NCBI GenBank assembly: GCA_951406725.2
Contig: OX597815.1
Location: forward strand, 182,218,001-182,282,000
Source: Octopus vulgaris
Lineage: Eukaryota
Direction of reading: 5' to 3'
DNA: 64,000 nucleotides
The position numbers were made by a program, and so were the translations under genes. Positions 37,552 through 49,569 of the stretch are shown one piece after another. Positions within the stretch are counted from its first letter, which is position 1. Every line of letters starts with the position of its first letter. A model generated the notes under the pieces. That model was given only the letters and a program-made list of their open reading frames with translations. It was not told where the DNA came from and did not search any database.

Positions 37552-38103
37552 CAGGTCACTTTCGGGTGCGACTGGTAACATGTAACCCAGTACTACCTGT
37601 TGCATGGTCGGGTCGTCGGCGACTAAACCGGCAACTCCACCAAACTCGTTTGGTGAGGAGGGTGTTTATTGGTCACCCTGCGGGATGAAAAACAAAACCA
37701 GTCAAAGGGCAGAGGAACTCTTGAGAGTCAACGGCCATCCAATAAATGTCTTAAAGCTGTATCATGCGCGGGGACATAGAGATAATCGGATTGAATACCC
37801 GATCGCGCAGTTAAACCATTGGGAGTGAAGGACTCCTAGCCTTTGCCAGGGCATCCTTCTAGGAGAAAGCAACTCAGGTAACTGGGATAACTCCGACATA
37901 AAACGTGCGGCTCAGTGGTTACCGATGATGTTGACTTGTTCTTCTTTTCGGATTATGGCTGCTGTTGTTAAGTGAGTGGGATTGACTCAGTGCACAGTCT
38001 TTCCACACTTAAAAAAATATCTTCTTGCACAGGCATTGCACGATAACAACATTGATTAAGCTTCGTGCAATGGCCATACTCGATAACGAGGGGGCAGCCA
38101 CCA
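37552..38103 (+). mobile_element. Non-autonomous RTE-derived element (5'UTR-like part plus LINE 3' tail)
   Basis: RTE 5'UTR-like motif CTAGGAGAAAGCAACTC; last ~45 nt nearly identical to the RTE tail at 42961-43006; ATGT/TA repeats at both ends. Confidence 0.7.
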
Positions 38104-38105
38104 TG

Positions 38106-38171
<66 letters not shown>

Positions 38172-38958
38172 AGTTATGTACAAGTTATATTAGAAAATGT
38201 AGCGTATGCTATACAAGAATGGGATGTTGGCAATCAGAATGCATCTGTTCAATTGCGGTCATTCTGGAACCTAAAAACACCTCCACTGCTATTTAATTTA
38301 TCAGATAGAATAACAAATGATATAACTGCCTTTTTATTAGAAACGTTAGTGAATGCATTTAATCTGTATTTTAAAGGCCTTCAATGGGTTGGATATAACA
38401 AGCACATATTGTGTGAATGAATACAAGTTATTCATGTAAAATATCTTAATATTAAAATGGCTTATCGACCGACGATACACATTTCATGCCTTCTGGTTGG
38501 AAACAAACTATTTTCATGTTTATCAAATCGCATCGAAATGGTTGTATAGCTAATGAATAGCTACCAGAAGAGAAGATAATGTAGGCATAGAATACATACT
38601 AAGAGGAAACCGTATTCAGTACATTCAAATTAAATATTTTGGGTTTAGATGCTTCAATTGAGACGAACGCCAAAATTGTGCAAGATGGATGTGTTCATTT
38701 TAAAAAAGGATGCAATTTTTATCAGAAATGTTACATACCATAACACTATAACATATATGCGATTGTAATCTTTAATCCTGAAAATGCTGGCGAAAATTAG
38801 GGGAAAGAAACTATTATAATTTGAAGAAGTAGACTAAATCAGTGATATATAACCGAAAGAGATTAAATTCAAAAAATAAAATGACGCATCGCAACAAGTG
38901 TAAATAGAAATAATATATTTCTAAATCTCTCAGAGAGATTTATGCAGTAGCCGCACAG

Positions 38959-39351
38959 TAAAGTGATAGCATGTTGTCAACTTAATGTGACAGTCCCATG
39001 AAAGGGAAGAGTACTACTGTTATTTAGCCCTAGGAAACACCGTTTCCTATTGGAGTTGACACATTTTCTGTGTCCTTATGTTTTCAAAATGGAGACAAGC
39101 ACCTCCACACAGCAAAACCAGCAAAACCAGGAATTCATGCTTCACCAGACTGATGATGAGCAATGAGTCTGAAACTAGTCTCTGGCTGCTGGTTTTGCTA
39201 GGTAGAGGTGCTTGTCTTCATTTTGAAAACATAATGACCCAGGAAATGTGTCAAGACCAACAGGAAATGGTGTTTCCTAGGGCTAAATAAAAGTAGCAGT
39301 CTTCCCTTTTATGGGACTGTCACCTTAAGTTGACAACATACCATCACTTTA
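38959..39351. mobile_element. 393-bp fold-back (MITE-like) element with hammerhead motif at apex
   Basis: Imperfect ~165-bp inverted arms from TAAAGTGAT to ATCACTTTA. Confidence 0.85.
39145..39185 (+). ncRNA. Minimal type-I hammerhead ribozyme motif (stem II degenerate)
   Basis: CCAGA-CTGATGA-TGAGCAATGAGTCT-GAAAC-TA-GTC-TCTGG: 5-bp stem I, canonical core, palindromic ACTAGT stem III, GUC triplet. Confidence 0.7.
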
Positions 39352-39517
39352 AAGTGTAAATAAGTTTCAAAGTTTTAGTTGAATATAATGGAATTCTATA
39401 CGGTTAACCGCTAGTTTCATCCTTCTTCCTACATTACTTTCATTTCTTGTTTCCCTTCTACCGTAACTATCCCCTTCGTTTTCATCGTTCTCATATATAC
39501 ATACATGCATACATACA

Positions 39518-39551
<34 letters not shown>

Positions 39552-40016
39552 CATATATATAGTGCCTTGTGAAACTATAAATCTACGCATGAAAGTGCCA
39601 CTCCTATGTTCAGTCCTAATCAAGTTCGTTCTAAGGAAGGATATCAGTTGTCCGTGCATAAAAGCCAGTGTTGTCTAAGAGAATGGAATGCTTTATAGGC
39701 CGTATTGTGCGTCAGCATTGCTGCTGCAGTTAATGTCGTCAGAATGAAAGGAGTCGCGATTTATACCAAACAGCATTGCATGCGACTCTCTAATAATTTT
39801 GTCAGTTCTCCCGTCGTTAAGTAGATGTGACATTAGTGCTATATGGAGCACGGGCACAGAGAGTCGGAACAAATATCGCAAGATTGTCTTTCTGACACTG
39901 AAACAATCTGCTCTTTCTCGCCATACACACAAACATACACACAAGCATACAACTTACATAAACACACAATCATATATGTACAGATATGTATGAATATAAA
40001 TATTTGTATATATATA

Positions 40017-40996
40017 CTAGCATTAAATACCCGTCGTTGCCGGGTCATAGTGCTAGTGCATGTATATATGTGTATATATATGTGTACATATTACATGTAT
40101 ATATATACATCTACACATAAAATACAAAATACAAAGTTATATCTTGATATCGCTAGTGATAACAATACTCAAAATATATAACAGACTGGAATTGCTAGCC
40201 CGTCTCTTCTAATTTCGATCAGTTTATCTTGTCCTCCCTCTTGTATAGAAGTGTGGCTACAATCCAGCCTACCTCTACTTCTGGGGGGGAGAGCGCATTA
40301 AAAATTTTTTTCCGGAACGTCCTACGTCCCAGATATAACGGTAAAAATAAAATATTTCCACTTTGCAAGTTCGAGTCGAGTACTCCCTTGCCCGCTCCGT
40401 TGACTCGAACCTTGCTTCTATTGTGGCGAATTTACCGCCTCTGATTAGATACCTTTCATAGTCGCACCAAGACACTTTTCGAAGGTGCTTTCCTCCATGT
40501 GTTCAAATCTTTTTCTCTACATTGTATACTTTATAGGCAATAGTCTTTTCTTTAATTTAATTTTTTATTATCCATCTGGACTATTCCATTTCTGCACGCT
40601 AATCTTATTTTTAATTTATTCCCATTCATGTGAAACCACTTATTCAAGTTCAAATCATTGATGCAATTTTATACCAATTGCTATTTTTACTTTTGTCATG
40701 TTAATTTAGTTTGATTTTAAGTATTACTTACTACATATAATTCAATTGTTATTATTAGTTTTATTGTTAAAGTGAAAGTATCTGACATAAAATAGAGAAA
40801 CGTTTTTGTTTCACTTTTAACACGTAATACTGAAATACTGAAAATTATATATATATATACATATATAATTTTGCCGATGACACTCCCCGGACCCTAAGTA
40901 AGGCATGTGTAAAATTTGAATGAAATTGGTTGTGTAGTTCTCAAGTTTTAGGGAAACACACAGACAAACTGACAGACAGACACACATTCTCAGTTT

Positions 40997-41005
<9 letters not shown>
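40017..41005 (-). mobile_element. Non-autonomous Helitron-like element
   Basis: Minus 3' end CCCGGCAACGACGGGTATTTAATGCTAG; 5' TATATATAAAACTGAGAATGTGTGTCTGTCTG similar to the other Helitron starts; continuity of the interior not proven. Confidence 0.65.
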
Positions 41006-41034
<29 letters not shown>

Positions 41035-41055
41035 GGTATGTATGCATACATGTAA

Positions 41056-41101
<46 letters not shown>

Positions 41102-42756
41102 GGCGAGATGTATATGTCTGTGTGAGTGTGTATGTGTGTGTATAATATATGTATGCAGGCATGTATGTGTATGTATGTGTAAGTCTAGTATATGTGGAAA
41201 ACAGCGTAAGAAAAAGTGAGGGTGAAAACATAAATATCCAAGCAGTTTAGGAAGGCCTTAAATGTTGAAAAAAATATTATAATCCGGAGATTAATCCAGA
41301 CCCTTCATGACAACTTTGACATAAACAACAAAAGAACACAGCAGACGATCGATTTCTCTTTGCTTTCATCTTTTCGTGTGAGAAGCATACTTATGTCTAT
41401 GCAGGAAAACACGCATCAATAAAAATGTAAAATCTTTCCTTGAATTATTTCTTTATAGCCAAATATAGTTGCATTTTCCTTTAGAATTCCTACTTTTGTA
41501 TTGTTGTGGTTGTTATGAATTACTAGTTTTTATCGTTCTATCTGATATAACCTCCTTAATGTCCGAGATAAAATGACGTGATAAAAACGTTTCATTGAAT
41601 AGATTTTGTCTGAGTAGAAAATATTCCAATAAATAGTTCTCTTGAGATTCTTTTCACTTACCAAATATTATATACTTTATCTTAAGTGAAAATTGAAATC
41701 AAGCTTGCAAAATATCTTTATATTTAAGCTGGCAATAATTCGATTAACAAATTTTTACCTCTTTTTAAATCTATGCCTTCTCAAGTTCGGATAACGAAAA
41801 GAATACCATACACAGAATTATCACCAAACTACTGTTCTAGTTTCAATATTAAATTCTAGCGAATTTAGATTGCGTGTTTGGCTTCCATGCACTTTCTGGA
41901 CCAGAATTATGTATTGTGATGTTAATTTTTATCTCATTATTAAGGGTGACATTTTAATTAATTAAAATTTCTTGGTTCACTGCATTAAGTTCAGTAACGA
42001 CCAACTTCCCATTTGTTTTTCATTGCTGCAGGGATCCATGACTTTTTCTCCCTCAATTTTATGATTGTACTGCTAATTCTGTTCATGAATATATTACTGT
42101 ATTGTAATTATAAACTGCTTCACGAAGGTACATTTATGCGACAAACACACCTGCTTGAGTGTAAATGATTCTTAAAGGGCTGTGAGATCAAACATGATGC
42201 AATAATACAAAGAAATTTAAATAGCAGGAAGTTTATTATGATATTAATCTTTCAAATGATTAAATTTATTGGTTACGATAAAATTTTTCAATCATCATTT
42301 GATCTCATGATACTAAATAAATATTTAACAAGGCTGAATTTAATTAAAATATTTTCCCTTTTTCCCGTGTTAACTTTGTGAGTCTCATTGTTCAAATTAA
42401 GCGAATCTTTAATCTGGAATTTCCAGGTAATAAAAGAAAAATCGCTGCATAAAAATGCCTAATGTTTACGAGGTCCGTGTAGATTGGGATAAATAAAAAT
42501 AAACCATCGGTTTCATGTAAACCAACACCACAAATAAACACGAGAGAAATGTATCCATTACTGATTATAACCTAATGGCCCTTGTAGTGAAGAAAAACCT
42601 GTCACAGGTTCGGATTCCACTCACCGGCACATTTGGTTGATGTCTCCTACGACGGTCTCAAGCCGAAAGCTATCTGGGGAATAGAAAATGGTGGACGAAA
42701 ATTGACACACTTGTCGATGCAAACATACATGTATATATGTATGTATGTATGTAACA

Positions 42757-43006
42757 CACCATACTAATCATATCTGTCGGGCATGTGGAAGGGAGGGTAA
42801 TTCGGCAGGAGGACTTAAACGACATGTAAAGGTACATGAAGCCCAGTTACAACTACAGCCGGCCTTGGCCGGTAAAGGTTTTAGTTGCCAATTCTGAACA
42901 AGACATTGTAGATCTTTAGCTGGGCAAAAAAGTCACGTTCGTTAACAGCACCAATAACAGTTAAGCTTCGTGCAATGGCCATACTCGATAACGAAGGGGC
43001 AGCCAT
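42757..43006 (+). pseudogene. 3' end of RTE-clade LINE (two C2H2-like fingers plus tail)
   Basis: HICRACGREGNSAGGLKRHVKVH...FSCQF*TRHCRSLAGQKSHVR; followed by (TATG)n. Confidence 0.75.
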
Positions 43007-43224
43007 AAACGTATGTATGTATGTATGTATGTATGTATGTATGTATGTATGTATGTATGTATGTATGTATGTATGTATGTATGTTTGTGTGTCTGTGAGT
43101 GTGTGTGTGTATTTGTGTATGTATATAGGTATGAATCTATGTATGTATATCTCTTCTGTATATAATCGTTGACATTCTTCCTCTGAAGTAGGAGCTGGTT
43201 TCTAACAGAAATACAAAACATTTC

Positions 43225-43720
43225 AATCTGAGAAAAGTCTTGCTCTGTTCACAGATTGTATTTGTAATGTACGAATCAGCTGGTTGATTTTTCTTACCGA
43301 AAATCTAAGCTTATCCAGACTGATTGGTATTTACTTACAAAACTAAGTGCTTTAATTCTTATTGGTATAGATGTAAATTTGTAGATTATAGAAGCTGGGG
43401 GTTTCGAAAAAATTATCCATAGTTATCTTCTTTCTCTTTGATTTTCAAAAGGGACATTCACATCAGCAGGACAGCTGGCCTCTACAACGGTACATACTTT
43501 CTCTTGTCTGACTCAAACAACAATATCCGGCCGGGTATGCTTAGACTTGGCAGATGTTTTGATGGGAATGTTCCACCAGTATTCCTTGTGCTGGTATTTG
43601 TGCACGTGTGCGATAACAAAGGGATTCTCTCCATTTATTCCAGAACAGTCTTTTTTTCCGCTCATAAGTCCACAGGCAATAAATCCGGAACACCAATATT
43701 CGCCAAATTCCATTGAGTGA
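43225..43720 (-). pseudogene. 3' fragment of R4/NeSL-type LINE (restriction-like endonuclease)
   Basis: EYWWNIPIKTSAKSKHTRPDIVV*VRQEKVCTVVEASCPADVNV / LKIKEKEDNYG. Confidence 0.8.
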
Positions 43721-44145
43721 ACATAAAGATACATGTGGTCAGAAAATGTTTCTAACTTTTACTTTACACAAACTACATGACACAAGTGAGGTTGAAAGAT
43801 AAAAGAAAAACGATTTATTAAAATGTTCAAACCTGTTCTGAATGGAAATTACAGCAATAATATATTATAACCAGTTAATGATGTGGATTAATTAATATAA
43901 ACAAGTTACAGAAAATCGGTACGCCTGGAAAAGCGTGATGCTTAAGAGCATGCGGATTGATGAAAAAGGTATTCTAAAAATTCAGCTGATTTCAGCGTTC
44001 TAAGAGGTATTAAAGTTGTCAAGAATTCATGTCACGTAAACTCATTTGAAATCTAATAAGTACGTTATGTATGAAAGCGTTAATTTTGTTAAAATACCAT
44101 AATAAAAAAACGTTAAAACCAGACTGTTTTAACTTTATTCAACAG

Positions 44146-44250
<105 letters not shown>

Positions 44251-45046
44251 GAAATATTAAAATAACTAAGTCTCACACAGCGGCACGGAAAATAATAGTT
44301 ACATACTAATATGGCATTCTTATAAAAATAAGAAAAATATATCCATGAGCCATCGCCTTAAGTTGCTATTTGATACACAAACTGTATCCATATAACCTTC
44401 GAACAAGGAGAGAGAGAGAGAGAGAGGTGTATGTATTGTCCAGTTTTATGAGTTTGTGAGTGTGTATGCGTGTGTCTGTACGCGTATGTGCTCGCTTGTG
44501 TGCCTATGTACCAGTGTACCTTATTGCGTGTGTTCGGCACATAAATGCAGTAAGGTAGCTCGTAAAAAAAAATGGCATTTTGTCAAATGCATAAGGTCGG
44601 CGAGGAAAAAAATACTCGACTAAAAATCAATATTGGGGTTGATGTGATCGATTGAAACACTTGAAGGCAAGCCTTCAACCTGACTGCAGTCCATTGATTG
44701 TAAGTAGCAAAATAATAATAGAACATCAGTATGTGTGTGTGTATGTGTGTGCGTGTGTATGTGTGTGCACGTCATTATTCTGCTATACTTCAAGATTTCT
44801 TGCCAATGGAGAAAGAGCCGGGTTCTATCCCAGATCTAAGGCTCCTTCATTGGAATTTCAACATTAACAGAGTTTTTTTTATGTATGTATGCATATGTGC
44901 AGATTACTTTGGGTTTTTTTTCTCTGTCTTCTCACGCATATAGTAACATGAGTGATGGATTAGATCTATAGTCTTTGGATCAGCTTTCTCCTTTCCGAGT
45001 TTGAGAAGCCTAATTTCTCAAGATTGGTATTTAGGCACTGTGTTAC

Positions 45047-45077
<31 letters not shown>

Positions 45078-45173
45078 TGTATGTATGTATGTATGTATGT
45101 ATGTATGTATGTATGTATGTATGTCTTTTAGTATGTATAATATATATATATATGTATATATATATGTATATAT

Positions 45174-45478
45174 AGGGAAGCTTTATGAAAATAGACAAAA
45201 GACGAAGGCAGGTGGAAAACAAACAAACAATTGTATTAGTATGGCGCTCAGAAAATATAAATAAAACAAGTCTTTAACGTTTCGAGCCTACGCTCTTCAA
45301 CAGAAAGATACACAGAGAGAAAAAAAAAACACAGAAAGAAGGAGAGAAAAAAATGCGTGCAGTAACTAACGAATCAACATGGCGATCTGATTTCGGCCAG
45401 AGGTCAAAGATCAAACATGAGACGCGAGAGCGAAATAAGGGGAGATAATAGGGTTGATAATAGGGTTGAATGACCAGC
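45174..45478 (-). mobile_element. Family H2 element with hammerhead motif (~45271-45308)
   Basis: Minus TCTTT-CTGTTGA-A-GAGC-GTAG-GCTC-GAAAC-GTT-AAAGA. Confidence 0.68.
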
Positions 45479-45763
45479 TATTAGTGCGTATGAGAGGTCT
45501 GGACGTGTGTATGTATAGGGTTGGTGTATGTATTAGTATGTATTAGTATGTATAAGGGTGTGTGTGTGTGTGTGTGTGTGTGTATGAGAGAGTATTAGTG
45601 TGTATGAGAGGTCTGGACGTGCGTATGTATAGGGTTGGTGTATGTATTAGTATGTATTAGTATGTATTAGTACGTATTAGTATGTATAAGTGTGTGTGTG
45701 TGTGTGTGTATGAGAGAGTATAAGTGCGTATGAAAGGTCTGGACGTGTGTATGTATAGGGTTG

Positions 45764-45770
<7 letters not shown>
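45479..45770. repeat. ~115-125 bp tandem repeat, ~2.5 copies
   Basis: TATGAGAGGTCTGGACGTGTGTATGTATAGGGTTGGTG recurs at ~45489, ~45603 and ~45729. Confidence 0.9.
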
Positions 45771-45810
<40 letters not shown>

Positions 45811-46545
45811 AAGAGGGTCTTTGCAACAAGTTGCTAGACCACATACCGAAAGTTTGTGGTCTAGCAACTCGTTGCAGAGACCCTTGTTATAATTATGTAA
45901 ACTTTTATCGAATATGGTCCTTTTCCATACCGAAATACTACTCGGTGAAATTTGTTGATTTTATTAAATTAATTATATTTCACCCTTTATCTGTATATAT
46001 ATATATATATATTATATTTATGTGTGTGTGTGAGCGTGTATATATATATATGTGTGTGTATGTGTGTGTGTGCGTGTGTGTGTATATTTTTATAAGTATA
46101 TCTATCTCTCTCACTCATCGCATATAAACAGTGGTGCCCCTCACACACACACACACATATGTGTGTATAGGAATATATGCCTACATATCTCAGAGCGAGG
46201 TAAATAAACTTTAAAACGCTTGTTTAATCAAATATAGGCACAAACCCACTCCTGCTGTGCAAGTCTTTATAAATATTAAATTTTCTTTCCGTCGCTGTTA
46301 GAATTACATTACAGAAGGGGAAAGCCAGGCAGTGATAAGTATAATTGTAACATTATTATCAGTCCGAATATCCTTGATGCATGTTCGAACCAGTGAATAT
46401 CCTCCTCACTGCGTTTTGTTACGGAAAATATATCCCGTTCGTTGACAACCGGTGTGTACACACCTAGATCAACTCGCACCACCATCTACCCAAATTGTGA
46501 GATGCAAGCATTTTGGAGTAGTTATCTCTTCTTCGGTAACGGACA

Positions 46546-46562
46546 CCAGGCAGGTGGCGCTA
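46546..46562 (+). promoter_or_regulatory. CTCF-like motif in a CpG-rich island
   Basis: CCAGGCAGGTGGCGCTA resembles the CTCF core CCASYAGRKGGCRS; motif match only. Confidence 0.3.
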
Positions 46563-49500
46563 CGAGTGATTAAACAGACCGACTCTCTTATGCTTTTCCA
46601 GTTGCCATACGGCGACTGGTAGCGCTGTGCGGCGGCTCACCGTAAGTAAATTACAGAGCCAGAGCACTACTAAATCGAAATGCTTGGGCAGAGGGAGCTG
46701 TAAGAGACTGCATTGGGTCGTAGAGCGCAGTTGTTTCTGCGTCGTTCTGGTCCGTCAGTAATAGAAATCAGATCTGCCGCTCACAGTTTGATATGAATAA
46801 AATTATTCCTAGTAAAACAGTCTACGCATAGTTTGCGGATATGTATAATGCTCTGTCAAACAAACAGTAAGCAGCACTTTCAAAAATATTTTCATATAAT
46901 TCATATTTAATACGTTCGAGTGTATGCGACATTATGTAAATATGTGTATGTTTATACATATATCTATATCTATGTGTGTGTGCTTATAGATATATATAGG
47001 CGCGTATGTGTGTGTGAAAAATAAGACGAAAGCTTTGAAAACGCGTTGAATTTTTATCCATTTGAATAAAATATTTTATTTTTTAACACAGGAATTAAAT
47101 ATTTCTATTATATGTTTATATATGTGCAAATAATAAAACAAAAAAGTTTTCCAATAACAAATGTTTTCATATAACAGTTTTACAGTAAATATTTTACTGT
47201 GTTTTCACAAGGTGAGTATAACTAATACACAAAAAAATTAAGAGAATCATATACTATTGAAAACTTTACTTAGAGAAATGTATGAAATTTTTCGTGCAGA
47301 AAAGTTTTCGTGAATAAATTTCATTGCATGCTGCAGCCCAAAAAATGTTTTGCAGTAAAAAATTAGCATATTACATTGACCGGTATTCGCTGTCGTTCAG
47401 CTTATACATATTTGAAGTATGTTGCTTAAATACATTTTCTGATCATGTGGTGAGATTGATTCAAATAGCTATATCGCTTGTGTCATTTCCAAGACAAGAA
47501 ATTCAACTTTTAATTGTGTGCCTCAGGCGACTTACGTTCGTTGAGATATTTTTCTTCAGTCGAATATTTTTTCAAAGTTGTACATTTTGTATACTTCTCA
47601 CTATCCCATGTTAAAATGAACATGTTAAGAATGACCCGAAAAAGAAAGAAATCATTAAACTAAAGAGAACGTTACGAAAAAATAACACACAACTAAACAT
47701 AAGCTTTAATAAAAGCAATTCTTTCTACGGAGGAACGATAAAAACAAAATATGATTAGTAATAAAGAAACGGAGAGTAAACAGTATGCAATAAATATTTG
47801 TAGATGTCTTATATCACAAAAGATAATCAAATTGCATGAATAGATCTTAAGGCTGATCCGCAAAGTAGAAATTTCAGATAGTATTGATGGCAATCTTTAT
47901 CTTTGGACATGCGCATAAACATATACTCCGGTCTGGAAAACGCTATACCCGGTTAATGTGTATCACTTGAAATGCGTAACAGCACATACAGACAAACACC
48001 TTTTCTGTTAAATATATTACTAATGATCCGATAACGTCGTTGATCACAGCTATCAAATGTGCTAATTACTGTCTCGCTGCGTTTAATTTATGGTGAGAAC
48101 AGCAAAGAAATTTCAATAAATGGTTGCAAAGCACCGGCAGTTTGATTTCTTTTCCTTGTTTAATTTGTTTGCCAATTTATTTTGGTGGTGGAACTTCACG
48201 CAGTTTCCACCTGCCACACATCATTATATTCTTGGTATTCTAAGTATGTGCTTGAAGACACAAGCGTAGATATTACCTGGTTGCGAAATGAATGTCTGAA
48301 TGATACAAAGATGCCTTATTTTCTTATTTCTAGATTTCTAAAACTTTATTCTGTCCAACATAAAAAATTCAAATCTTATTTAAAATATTCGTGTTTGTAT
48401 ATGATACCTATTGCTACACAAAATCATCACTTTCATTTGAAAATTTAGTGCGGCTGACTAAAGTCAAAATCATTTAGTCGTATTTCATAATTTATACATC
48501 TGAGCTGAAAATATTTGCGGGATATCGTTTGTCTTATTGTATGTAACAGTCTCTTGAGCATGTGATAACAAATGATAACGGAATATTGTTTTCAGTCGAC
48601 GAAAGGTTTTGCTTTGTGTAGTAGCAAGAAATATAGAAAACAAAATGTTGTAAAAATGGTTAAAGATTTTGCATTTAAAGGTATCTATCTTAATAATACA
48701 CTTAATTCTGCATGGTCAAGACAACTAAATACATAAATCATTAATGTTCATTGTGTTTGAAGCATTTTTTATATACAAAACTTTCAGCTGCCCTACACCG
48801 CCGATTGAAATTTAAGTATTAACTTTTATGACCAAATACGTTTTGAATTATTGTTCAACGATTTAACATCTCGTTGTGTATATTAATTGTTTGTATATGT
48901 TTACAGGCGCATACAATCATATTTATTCAGTTAATATATTAAAAAAATTATATCCAATTTTCTGCTAAAAGTACACACTTTGGAAGCTGATGCATCAGCA
49001 GTCAATATTAATACAAATATTTTCAGAACAATTTACATAATAAAAAAAGTAGCAACTTGCATATTTTGTAGTTTGTAATTAACAGCAGCTTGCAATTTAC
49101 GGTTTAGTTTCTTGTGGGTTTTTTTTATATTTCATTAAGTAACATTTCTTTCAGGCTAACACAACTTCATTATTTCGAAAAATTTTAAAACAAAATATGA
49201 CTCAAACTTCAACCACATAGAGGGATGGATTAAAATAATCATAAGAGAGTCAAAAAGTAATGCCCTGCGGTATTTCTGTGGTCCTTATGTACTCTCAGTT
49301 GAAATCCTGTCGAAAGCCACTTCGGTTAAATTTAGTAACGATCAAATACTATAATCGATTTACTCGAGTAACATCGTCACTCAAAACTGCTGGCCTTGTG
49401 CCTAAATTAGAAATCATAATAAATTCATATTTACACAAACATTCCTGAATTCGCCAGAAGAACACAAATCACTTATATGTAAATTGGTGTGAAAAATTGA

Positions 49501-49569
49501 ACATTGAACACAAGATATTGGTGAAGCAGAAATTTTGTACTCGATTTTTTTTTTAAGTTAAATAGAATT

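Noticed and set aside
42757-42960. Host C2H2 zinc-finger gene exon
   Set aside because: In-frame stops, directly followed by an RTE tail and (TATG)n; fits a LINE C-terminus.
46598-46790. Assignment to telomerase RNA, 7SK, RNase P/MRP or a specific H/ACA RNA
   Set aside because: No CTAACCCT template, no P4 signature, no 7SK 5' GGA/GATC stem; H box (AGAGCA) to ACA spacing is atypical. Kept only as an unassigned island.
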